Made by a program: the position numbers and the translations under genes
NCBI GenBank assembly: GCA_964057225.1
Contig: OZ059894.1
Coordinates: forward strand, 2,294,001 to 2,358,000
Source of the DNA: Auanema rhodensis
Taxonomy: Eukaryota > Animalia > Nematoda
Reading direction: 5' to 3'
Length of the DNA stretch: 64,000 nucleotides
Shown: piece by piece, positions 41,416 to 54,599 of the stretch
How the letters are laid out: every line of letters starts with the position of its first letter
Position numbering within the stretch: the stretch's first letter is position 1
Notes under the pieces: model-generated
What the model was told of the DNA's origin: nothing
Databases searched by the model: none
Seen by the model: the letters and a program-made list of their open reading frames with translations, nothing else

Positions 41416-43992
41416 GAGGAACGCTTAATAAAAAAATTAGTTATGATGGTTTGAAAAATGATGCATTAGTGTATATTGAGTTTCCATGTACACTCAACAT
41501 TGCTTCCAAAAACATTTTGACAAAAATTTTTTCGAAAAATTTCAGAATAATTTAGCAAAAAGTAGATGTTTTTAGATTCCTTTTTTCAAGGCAAAGACGA
41601 TGGACATTGTTATTCAACGAAAAAATTAATTCTTCAGGGTGAAAATCGAGGATATAAGTAAGAACATATATCAGTTGATATCTCGGTGCATTTTTAAGCT
41701 AGCGCAAATCTGATAACACAGATCGACGCAGCTTGAAAATCCGCATCGAATGCACTATACTACATTGAGAAACGCTTAATACAAAAATTAGTTATGATCG
41801 TTTGAAAAATAATGCATTAGTGTATGTTGAGTTTCCATGTACACTCAACATAGCTTCCAAAAACATTTTGACAAAAATTTTTTCGAAAAATTTCAAAATA
41901 ATTTAGCGAAAAGTAGATGTTTTTAGATTCCTTTTTTCAAGGCAAAGACGATGGACAATGTTATTCAACGAAAAAATTAATTCTTCAGGGTGAAAATCGA
42001 GGATATAAGTGTGAACTTATATCAGTTGATATCTCGGTGCATTTTTAAGCTAGCGCAAATCTGATAACACAGATCGACGCAGCTTGAAAATCCGCATCGA
42101 ATGCACTATACTACATTGAGAAACGCTTAATACAAAAATTAGTTATGATTGTTTGAAAAATGATGCATTAGTGTATGTTGAGTTTCCATGTACGCTCAAC
42201 ATTGCTTCCAAAAACATTTTGACAAAAATTTTTTCGAAAAATTTCAAAATAATTTAGCAAAAAGTAGATGTTTTTAGATTCTTTTTTTCAAAGCAAAGAC
42301 GATGGACAATGTTATTCAACGAAAAAATTAATTCTTCAGGGTGAAAATCGAGGATATAAGTGTGAACTTATATCAGTTGAGATCTCGGTGCATTTTTAAG
42401 CTAGCGCAAATCTGATAACACAGATCGACGCAGCTTAAAAATCCGCATCGAATGCACTATACTACATTGAAGAACGCTTAATACAAAAATTAGTTATGAT
42501 CGTTTGAAAAATAATGCATTAGTGTATGTTGAGTTTCCATGTACACTCAACATAGCTTCCAAAAACATTTTGACAAAAATTTTTTCGAAAAATTTCAAAA
42601 TAATTTAGCAAAAAGTAGATGTTTTTAGATTCCTTTTTTCAAGGCAAAGACGATGGACAATGTTATTCAACGAAAAAATTAATTCTTCAGGGTGAAAATC
42701 GAGGATATAAGTGTGAACTTATATCAGTTGAGATCTCGGTGCATTTTTAAGCTAGCGCAAATCTGATAACACAGATCGACGCAGCTTAAAAATCCGCATC
42801 GAATGCACTATACTACATTGAAGAACGCTTAATACAAAAATTAGTTATGATCGTTTGAAAAATAATGCATTAGTGTATGTTGAGTTTCCATGTACACTCA
42901 ACATAGCTTCCAAAAACATTTTGACAAAAATTTTTTCGAAAAATTTCAAAATAATTTAGCAAAAAGTAGATGTTTTTAGATTCCTTTTTTCAAGGCAAAG
43001 ACGATGGACAATGTTATTCAACGAAAAAATTAATTCTTCAGGGTGAAAATCGAGGATATAAGTGTGAACTTATATCAGTTGAGATCTCGGTGCATTTTTA
43101 AGCTAGCGCAAATCTGATAACACAGATCGACGCAGCTTAAAAATCCGCATCGAATGCACTATACTACATTGAAGAACGCTTAATACAAAAATTAGTTATG
43201 ATCGTTTGAAAAATAATGCATTAGTGTATGTTGAGTTTCCATGTACACTCAACATAGCTTCCAAAAACATTTTGACAAAAATTTTTTCGAAAAATTTCAA
43301 AATAATTTAGCAAAAAGTAGATGTTTTTAGATTCCTTTTTTCAAGGCAAAGACGATGGACAATGTTATTCAACGAAAAAATTAATTCTTCAGGGTGAAAA
43401 TCGAGGATATAAGTGTGAACTTATATCAGTTGATATCTCGGTGCATTTTTAAGCTAGCGCAAATCTGATAACACAGATCGACGCAGCTTGAAAATCCGCA
43501 TCGAATGCACTATACTACATTGAGAAACGCTTAATACAAAAATTAGTTATGATTGTTTGAAAAATGATGCATTAGTGTATGTTGAGTTTCCATGTACACT
43601 CAACATAGCTTCCAAAAACATTTTGACAAAAATTTTTTCGAAAAATTTCAGAATAATTCAGCAAAAAGTAGATGTTTTTAAATTTCTTTTCTCAAGGCAA
43701 AGACGATGGACAATGTTATTCAACGAAAAAATTAATTCTTCAGGGTGAAAATCGAGGATATAAGTGTGAACTTATATCAGTTGATATCTCGGTGCATTTT
43801 TAAGCTAGCGCAAATCTGATAACACAGATCGACGCAGCTTAAAAATCCGCATCGAATGCACTATACTACAATGAGCAACGCTTAATACAAAAATTAGTTA
43901 TGATCGTTTGAAAAATAATGCATTAGTGTATGTTGAGTTTCCATGTACACTCAACATAGCTTCCAAAAACATTTTGACAAAAATTTTTTCGA
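41416..43992. repeat. Block of about 7 monomers, copy 2 of 25972-28548
   Basis: Same ordered rare variants at an offset of 15444 = 44x351; the ORF at 43557 is identical to the one at 28113. Confidence 0.9.
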
Positions 43993-46900
43993 AAAATTTC
44001 AAAATAATTTAGCAAAAAGTAGATGTTTTTAGATTCCTTTTTTCAAGGCAAAGACGATGGACAATGTTATTCAACGAAAAAATTAATTCTTCAGGGTGAA
44101 AATCGAGGATATAAGTGTGAACTTATATCAGTTGATATCTCGGTGCATTTTTAAGCTAGCGCAAATCTGATAACACAGATCGACGCAGCTTAAAAATCCG
44201 CATCGAATGCACTATACTACATTGAGGAACGCTTAATACAAAAATTAGTTATGATCGTTTGAAAAATAATGCATTAGTGTATGTTGAGTTTCCATGTACA
44301 CTCAACATAGCTTCCAAAAACATTTTGACAAAAATTTTTTCGAAAAATTTCAGAATAATTTAGCAAAAAGTAGATGTTTTTAGATTTCTTTTCTCAAGGC
44401 AAAGACGATGGACAATGTTATTCAACGAAAAAATTAATTCTTCAGGGTGAAAATCGAGGATATAAGTGTGAACTTATATCAGTTGATATCTCGGTGCATT
44501 TTTAAGCTAGCGCAAATCTGATAACACAGATCGACGCAGCTTAAAAATCCGCATCGAATGCACTATACTACATTGAGGAACGCTTAATACAAAAATTAGT
44601 TATGATCGTTTGAAAAATAATGCATTAGTGTATGTTGAGTTTCCATGTACACTCAACATAGCTTCCAAAAACATTTTGACAAAAATTTTTTCGAAAAATT
44701 TCAAAATAATTTAGCAAAAAGTAGATGTTTTTAGATTCCTTCTTTCAAGGCAAAGACGATGGACAATGTTATTCAACGAAAAAATTAATTCTTCAGGGTG
44801 AAAATCGAGGATATAAGTGTGAACTTATATCAGTTGATATCTCGGTGCATTTTTAAGCTAGCGCAAATCTGATAACACAGATCGACGCAGCTTAAAAATC
44901 CGCATCGAATGCACTATACTACATTGAGGAACGCTTAATACAAAAATTAGTTATGATCGTTTGAAAAATAATGCATTAGTGTATGTTGAGTTTCCATGTA
45001 CACTCAACATAGCTTCCAAAAACATTTTGACAAAAATTTTTTCGAAAAATTTCAAAATAATTTAGCAAAAAGTAGATGTTTTTAGATTCCTTTTTTCAAG
45101 GCAAAGACGATGGACAATGTTATTCAACGAAAAAATTAATTCTTCAGGGTGAAAATCGAGGATATAAGTGTGAACTTATATCAGTTGATATCTCGGTGCA
45201 TTTTTAAGCTAGCGCAAATCTGATAACACAGATCGACGCAGCTTAAAAATCCGCATCGAATGCACTATACTACATTGAGGAACGCTTAATACAAAAATTA
45301 GTTATGATCGTTTGAAAAATAATGCATTAGTGTATGTTGAGTTTCCATGTACACTCAACATAGCTTCCAAAAACATTTTGACAAAAATTTTTTCGAAAAA
45401 TTTCAAAATAATTTAGCAAAAAGTAGATGTTTTTAGATTCCTTTTTTCAAGGCAAAGACGATGGACAATGTTATTCAACGAAAAAATTAATTCTTCAGGG
45501 TGAAAATCGAGGATATAAGTGTGAACTTATATCAGTTGATATCTCGGTGCATTTTTAAGCTAGCGCAAATCTGATAACACAGATCGACGCAGCTTAAAAA
45601 TCCGCATCGAATGCACTATACTACATTGAGGAACGCTTAATACAAAAATTAGTTATGATCGTTTGAAAAATAATGCATTAGTGTATGTTGAGTTTCCATG
45701 TACACTCAACATAGCTTCCAAAAACATTTTGACAAAAATTTTTTCGAAAAATTTCAGAATAATTTAGCAAAAAGTAGATGTTTTTAGATTTCTTTTCTCA
45801 AGGCAAAGACGATGGACAATGTTATTCAACGAAAAAATTAATTCTTCAGGGTGAAAATCGAGGATATAAGTGTGAACTTATATCAGTTGATATCTCGGTG
45901 CATTTTTAAGCTAGCGCAAATCTGATAACACAGATCGACGCAGCTTAAAAATCCGCATCGAATGCACTATACTACATTGAGGAACGCTTAATACAAAAAT
46001 TAGTTATGATCGTTTGAAAAATAATGCATTAGTGTATGTTGAGTTTCCATGTACACTCAACATAGCTTCCAAAAACATTTTGACAAAAATTTTTTCGAAA
46101 AATTTCAAAATAATTTAGCAAAAAGTAGATGTTTTTAGATTCCTTTTTTCAAGGCAAAGACGATGGACAATGTTATTCAACGAAAAAATTAATTCTTCAG
46201 GGTGAAAATCGAGGATATAAGTGTGAACTTATATCAGTTGATATCTCGGTGCATTTTTAAGCTAGCGCAAATCTGATAACACAGATCGACGCAGCTTAAA
46301 AATCCGCATCGAATGCACTATACTACATTGAGGAACGCTTAATACAAAAATTAGTTATGATCGTTTGAAAAATAATGCATTAGTGTATGTTGAGTTTCCA
46401 TGTACACTCAACATAGCTTCCAAAAACATTTTGACAAAAATTTTTTCGAAAAATTTCAAAATAATTTAGCAAAAAGTAGATGTTTTTAGATTCCTTTTTT
46501 CAAGGCAAAGACGATGGACAATGTTATTCAACGAAAAAATTAATTCTTCAGGGTGAAAATCGAGGATATAAGTGTGAACTTATATCAGTTGATATCTCGG
46601 TGCATTTTTAAGCTAGCGCAAATCTGATAACACAGATCGACGCAGCTTAAAAATCCGCATCGAATGCACTATACTACATTGAGGAACGCTTAATACAAAA
46701 ATTAGTTATGATCGTTTGAAAAATAATGCATTAGTGTATGTTGAGTTTCCATGTACACTCAACATAGCTTCCAAAAACATTTTGACAAAAATTTTTTCGA
46801 AAAATTTCAGAATAATTTAGCAAAAAGTAGATGTTTTTAGATTTCTTTTCTCAAGGCAAAGACGATGGACAATGTTATTCAACGAAAAAATTAATTCTTC

Positions 46901-48590
46901 AGGGTGAAAATCGAGGATATAAGTGTGAACTTATATCAGTTGATATCTCGGTGCATTTTTAAGCTAGCGCAAATCTGATAACACAGATCGACGCAGCTTA
47001 AAAATCCGCATCGAATGCACTATACTACATTGAGGAACGCTTAATACAAAAATTAGTTATGATCGTTTGAAAAATAATGCATTAGTGTATGTTGAGTTTC
47101 CATGTACACTCAACATAGCTTCCAAAAACATTTTGACAAAAATTTTTTCGAAAAATTTCAAAATAATTTAGCAAAAAGTAGATGTTTTTAGATTCCTTCT
47201 TTCAAGGCAAAGACGATGGACAATGTTATTCAACGAAAAAATTAATTCTTCAGGGTGAAAATCGAGGATATAAGTGTGAACTTATATCAGTTGATATCTC
47301 GGTGCATTTTTAAGCTAGCGCAAATCTGATAACACAGATCGACGCAGCTTAAAAATCCGCATCGAATGCACTATACTACATTGAGGAACGCTTAATACAA
47401 AAATTAGTTATGATCGTTTGAAAAATAATGCATTAGTGTATGTTGAGTTTCCATGTACACTCAACATAGCTTCCAAAAACATTTTGACAAAAATTTTTTC
47501 GAAAAATTTCAAAATAATTTAGCAAAAAGTAGATGTTTTTAGATTCCTTTTTTCAAGGCAAAGACGATGGACAATGTTATTCAACGAAAAAATTAATTCT
47601 TCAGGGTGAAAATCGAGGATATAAGTGTGAACTTATATCAGTTGATATCTCGGTGCATTTTTAAGCTAGCGCAAATCTGATAACACAGATCGACGCAGCT
47701 TAAAAATCCGCATCGAATGCACTATACTACATTGAGGAACGCTTAATACAAAAATTAGTTATGATCGTTTGAAAAATAATGCATTAGTGTATGTTGAGTT
47801 TCCATGTACACTCAACATAGCTTCCAAAAACATTTTGACAAAAATTTTTTCGAAAAATTTCAGAATAATTTAGCAAAAAGTAGATGTTTTTAGATTCCTT
47901 TTTTCAAGGCAAAGACGATGGACAATGTTATTCAACGAAAAAATTAATTCTTCAGGGTGAAAATCGAGGATATAAGTGTGAACTTATATCAGTTGATATC
48001 TCGGTGCATTTTTAAGCTAGCGCAAATCTGATAACACAGATCGACGCAGCTTAAAAATCCGCATCGAATGCACTATACTACATTGAGGAACGCTTAATAC
48101 AAAAATTAGTTATGATCGTTTGAAAAATAATGCATTAGTGTATGTTGAGTTTCCATGTACACTCAACATAGCTTCCAAAAACATTTTGACAAAAATTTTT
48201 TCGAAAAATTTCAGAATAATTTAGCAAAAAGTAGATGTTTTTAGATTTCTTTTCTCAAGGCAAAGACGATGGACAATGTTATTCAACGAAAAAATTAATT
48301 CTTCAGGGTGAAAATCGAGGATATAAGTGTGAACTTATATCAGTTGATATCTCGGTGCATTTTTAAGCTAGCGCAAATCTGATAACACAGATCGACGCAG
48401 CTTAAAAATCCGCATCGAATGCACTATACTACATTGAGGAACGCTTAATACAAAAATTAGTTATGATCGTTTGAAAAATAATGCATTAGTGTATGTTGAG
48501 TTTCCATGTACACTCAACATAGCTTCCAAAAACATTTTGACAAAAATTTTTTCGAAAAATTTCAGAATAATTTAGCAAAAAGTAGATGTT
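43873..48590. repeat. Highly homogeneous monomer block, copy 2 (offset 14040 = 40x351)
   Basis: Same order of monomer types as 29833-34288; the rare CCTTCTTTC variant is at about 33159 and 47199. Confidence 0.88.
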
Positions 48591-51500
48591 TTTAGATCTC
48601 TTTTCTCAAGGCAAAGACGATGGACAATGTTATTCAACGAAAAAATTAATTCTTCAGGGTGAAAATTGAGGATATAAGTGTGAACTTATATCAGTTGATA
48701 TCTCGGTGCATTTTTAAGCTAGCGCAAATCTGATAACACAGATCGACGCAGCTTGAAAATCCGCATCGAATGCACTATACTACTTTGAGAAGCGCTTAAT
48801 ACAAAAATTAGTTATGATCGTTTGAAAAATGATGCATTAGTGTATGTTGAGTTTCCATGTACACTCAACATTGCTTCCAAAAACATTTTGACAAAAGTTT
48901 TTTCGAGAAATTTCAAAATAATTTAGCAGAAAGTAGATGTTTTTAGATTCCTTTTTTCAAGGCAAAGACGATGGACATTGTTATTCAACGAAAAAAGTAA
49001 TTCTTCAGGGTGAAAATCGAGGATATAAGTGTGAACTTATATCAGTTGATATCTCGGTGCATTTTTAAGCTAGCGCAAATCTGATAACACAGATCGACGC
49101 AGCTTAAAAATCCGCATCGAATGCACTATACTACATTGAGGAACGCTTAATACAAAAATTAGTTATGATTGTTTGAAAAATGATGCATTAGTGTATGTTG
49201 AGTTTCCATGTACACTCAACATAGCTTCCAAAAACATTTTGACAAAAATTTTTTCGAAAAATTTCGAAATAATTTAGCAAAAAGTAGATGTTTTTAGATT
49301 CCTTTTTTCAAGGCAAAGACGATGGACAATGTTATTCAACGAAAAAATTAATTCTTCAGGGTGAAAATCGAGGATATAAGTGTGAACTTATATCAGTTGA
49401 TATCTCGGTGCATTTTTAAGCTAGCGCAAATCTGATAACACAGATCGACGCAGCTTGAAAATCCGCATCGAATGCACTATACTACTTTGAGAAGCGCTTA
49501 ATACAAAAATTAGTTATGATCGTTTGAAAAATGATGCATTAGTGTATGTTGAGTTTCCATGTACACTCAACATAGCTTCCAAAAACATTTTGACAAAAAT
49601 TTTTTCGAAAAATTTCGAAATAATTTAGCAAAAAGTAGATGTTTTTAGATTCCTTTTTTCAAGGCAAAGACGATGGACAATGTTATTCAACGAAAAAATT
49701 AATTCTTCAGGGTGAAAATCGAGGATATAAGTGTGAACTTATATCAGTTGATATCTCGGTGCATTTTTAAGCTAGCGCAAATCTGATAACACAGATCGAC
49801 GCAGCTTAAAAATCCGCATCGAATGCACTATACTACATTGAGGAACGCTTAATACAAAAATTAGTTATGATTGTTTGAAAAATGATGCATTAGTGTATGT
49901 TGAGTTTCCATGTACACTCAACATTGCTTCCAAAAACATTTTGACAAAAATTTTTTCGAAAAATTTCAAAATAATTTAGCAAAAAGTAGATGTTTTTAGA
50001 TTCCTTTTTTCAAGGCAAAGACGATGGACATTGTTATTCAACGAAAAAAGTAATTATTCAGGGTGAAAATCGAGGATATAAGTGTGAACTTATATCAGTT
50101 GATATCTCGGTGCATTTTTAAGCTAGCGCAAATCTGATAACACAGATCGACGCAGCTTGAAAATCCGCATCGAATGCACTATACTACTTTGAGAAACGCT
50201 TAATACAAAAATTAGTTATGATCGTTTGAAAAATGATGCATTAGTGTATGTTGAGTTTCCATGTACACTCAACATTGCTTCCAAAAACATTTTGACAAAA
50301 ATTTTTTCGAAAAATTTCAAAATAATTTAGCAAAAAGTAGATGTTTTTAGATTCCTTTTTTCAAGGCAAAGACGATGGACAATGTCATTCAACGAAAAAA
50401 TTAATTCTTCAGGGTGAAAATCGAGGATATAAGTGTGAACTTATATCAGTTGATATCTCGGTGCATTTTTAAGCTAGCGCAAATCTGATAACACAGATCG
50501 ACGCAGCTTGAAAATCCGCATCGAATGCACTATACTACTTTGAGAAACGCTTAATACAAAAATTAGTTATGATCGTTTGAAAAATGATGCATTAGTGTAT
50601 GTTGAGTTTCCATGTACACTCAACATTGCTTCCAAAAACATTTTGACAAAAATTTTTTCGAAAAATTTCAAAATAATTTAGCAAAAAGTAGATGTTTTTA
50701 GATTCCTTTTTTCAAGGCAAAGACGATGGACAATGTTATTCAACGAAAAAATTAATTCTTCAGGGTGAAAATCGAGGATATAAGTGTGAACTTATATCAG
50801 TTGATATCTCGGTGCATTTTTAAGCTAGCGCAAATCTAATAACACAGATCGACGCAGCTTAAAAATCCGCATCGAATGCACTATACTACATTGAGGAACG
50901 CTTAATACAAAAATTAGTTATGATCGTTTGAAAAATAATGCATTAGTGTATGTTGAGTTTCCATGTACAATCAACATAGCTTCCAAAAACATTTTGACAA
51001 AAATTTTTTCGAAAAATTTCAGAATAATTTAGCAAAAAGTAGATGTTTTTAGATTTTTTTTCTCAAGGCAAAGACGATGGACAATGTTATTCAACGAAAA
51101 AATTAATTCTTCAGGGTGAAAATCGAGGATATAAGTGTGAACTTATATCAGTTGATATCTCGGTGCATTTTTAAGCTAGCGCAAATCTGATAACACAGAT
51201 CGACGCAGCTTGAAAATCCGCATCGAATGCACTATACTACTTTGAGAAGCGCTTAATACAAAAATTAGTTATGATCGTTTGAAAAATGATGCATTAGTGT
51301 ATGTTGAGTTTCCATGTACACTCAACATTGCTTCCAAAAACATTTTGACAAAAATTTTTTCGAAAAATTTCAGAATAATTTAGCAAAAAGTAGATGTTTT
51401 TAGATTTCTTTTCTCAAGGCAAAGACGATGGACAATGTTATTCAACGAAAAAATTAATTCTTCAGGGTGAAAATCGAGGATATAAGTGTGAACTTATATC

Positions 51501-54500
51501 AGTTGATATCTCGGTGCATTTTTAAGCTAGCGCAAATCTGATAACACAGATCGACGCAGCTTGAAAATCCGCATCGAATGCACTATACTACTTTGAGAAG
51601 CGCTTAATACAAAAATTAGTTATGATCGTTTGAAAAATGATGCATTAGTGTATGTTGAGTTTCCATGTACACTCAACATTGCTTCCATAAACATTTTGAC
51701 AAAAATTTTTTCGAGAAATTTCAAAATAATTTAGCAGAAAGTAGATGTTTTTAGATTCCTTTTTTCAAGGCAAAGACGATGGACATTGTTATTCAACGAA
51801 AAAAGTAATTATTCAGGGTGAAAATCGAGGATATAAGTGTGAACTTATATCAGTTGATATCTCGGTGCATTTTTAAGCTAGCGCAAATCTGATAACACAG
51901 ATCGACGCAGCTTAAAAATCCGCATCGAATGCACTATACTACATTGAGGAACGCTTAATACAAAAATTAGTTATGATTGTATGAAAAATGATGCATTAGT
52001 GTATGTTGAGTTTCCATGTACACTCAACATTGCTTCCAAAAACATTTTGACAAAAATTTTTTCGAAAAATTTCAAAATAATTTAGCAAAAAGTAGATGTT
52101 TTTAGATTCCTTTTTTCAAGGCAAAGACGATGGACAATGTCATTCAACGAAAAAATTAATTCTTCAGGGTGAAAATCGAGGATATAAGTGTGAACTTATA
52201 TCAGTGGATATCTCGGTGCATTTTTAAGCTAGCGCAAATCCGATAACACAGATCGACGCAGCTTAAAAATCCGCATCGAATGCACTATACTACTTTGAGA
52301 AGCGCTTAATACAAAAATTAGTTATGATCGTTTGAAAAATAATGCATTAGTGTATGTTGAGTTTCCATGTACACTCAACATAGCTTCCAAAAACATTTTG
52401 ACAAAAATTTTTTCGAAAAATTTCGAAATAATTTAGCGAAAAGTAGATGTTTTTAGATTCCTTTTTTCAAGACAAAGACGATGGACAATGTTATTCAACG
52501 AAAAAATTAATTCTTCAGGGTGAAAATCGAGGATATAAGTGTGAACTTATATCAGTTGATATCTCGGTGCATTTTTAAGCTAGCGCAAATCTGATAACAC
52601 AGATCGACGCAGCTTGAAAATCCGCATCGAATGCACTATACTACATTGAGAAACGCTTAATACAAAAATTAATTATGATTGTTTGAAAAATGATGCATTA
52701 GTGTATGTTGAGTTTCCATGTACGCTCAACATTGCTCCCAAAAACATTTTGACAAAAATTTTTTCGAAAAATTTCGAAATAATTTAGCGAAAAGTAGATG
52801 TTTTTAGATTCCTTTTTTCAAGACAAAGACGATGGACAATGTTATTCAACGAAAAAATTAATTCTTCAGGGTGAAAATCGAGGATATAAGTGTGAACTTA
52901 TATCAGTTGATATCTCGGTGCATTTTTAAGCTAGCGCAAATCTGATAACACAGATCGACGCAGCTTGAAAATCCGCATCGAATGCACTATACTACATTGA
53001 GAAACGCTTAATACAAAAATTAATTATGATTGTTTGAAAAATGATGCATTAGTGTATGTTGAGTTTCCATGTACGCTCAACATTGCTCCCAAAAACATTT
53101 TGACAAAAATTTTTTCGAAAAATTTCAAAATAATTTAGCAAAAAGTAGATGTTTTTAGATTCCTTTTTTCAAGGCAAAGACGATGGACAATGTTATTCAA
53201 GGAAAAAATTAATTCTTCAGGGTGAAAATCGAGGATATAAGTGTGAACTTATATCAGTTGATATCTCGGTGCATTTTTAAGCTAGCGCAAATCTAATAAC
53301 ACAGATCGACGCAGCTTAAAAATCCGCATCGAATGCACTATACTACATTGAGGAACGCTTAATACAAAAATTAGTTATGATCGTTTGAAAAATAATGCAT
53401 TAGTGTATGTTGAGTTTCCATGTACACTCAACATAGCTTCCAAAAACATTTTGACAAAAATTTTTTCGAAAAATTTCAGAATAATTTAGCAAAAAGTAGA
53501 TGTTTTTAGATTTCTTTTCTCAAGGCAAAGACGATGAACAATGTTATTCAACGAAAAAATTAATTCTTCAGGGTGAAAATCGAGGATATAAGTGTGAACT
53601 TATATCAGTTGATATCTCGGTGCATTTTTAAGCTAGCGCAAATCTGATAACACAGATCGACGCAGCTTGAAAATCCGCATCGAATGCACTATACTACTTT
53701 GAGAAGCGCTTAATACAAAAATTAGTTATGATCGTTTGAAAAATGATGCATTAGTGTATGTTGAGTTTCCATGTACACTCAACATTGCTTCCAAAAACAT
53801 TTTGACAAAAATTTTTTCGAAAAATTTCAGAATAATTTAGCAAAAAGTAGATGTTTTCAGATTTCTTTTCTCAAGGCAAAGACGATGGACAATGTTATTC
53901 AACGAAAAAATTAATTCTTCAGGGTGAAAATCGAGGATATAAGTGTGAACTTATATCAGTTGATATCTCGGTGCATTTTTAAGCTAGCGCAAATCTGATA
54001 ACACAGATCGACGCAGCTTAAAAATCCGCATCGAATGCACTATACTACATTGAGGAACGCTTAATACAAAAATTAGTTATGATTGTTTGAAAAATGATGC
54101 ATTAGTGTATGTTGAGTTTCCATGTACACTCAACATAGCTTCCAAAAACATTTTGACAAAAATTTTTTCGAAAAATTTCGAAATAATTTAGCGAAAAGTA
54201 GATGTTTTTAGATTCCTTTTTACAAGACAAAGACGATGGACAATGTTATTCAACGAAAAAATTAATTCTTCAGGGTGAAAATCGAGGATATAAGTGTGAA
54301 CTTATATCAGTTGATATCTCGGTGCATTTTTAAGCTAGCGCAAATCTGATAACACAGATCGACGCAGCTTGAAAATCCGCATCGAATGCACTATACTACA
54401 TTGAGAAACGCTTAATACAAAAATTAGTTATGATTGTTTGAAAAATGATGCATTAGTGTATGTTGAGTTTCCATGTACGCTCAACATTGCTCCCAAAAAC

Positions 54501-54599
54501 ATTTTGACAAAAATTTTTTCGAAAAATTTCAAAATAATTTAGCAAAAAGTAGATGTTTTTAGATTCCTTTTTTCAAGGCAAAGACGATGGACAATGTTA

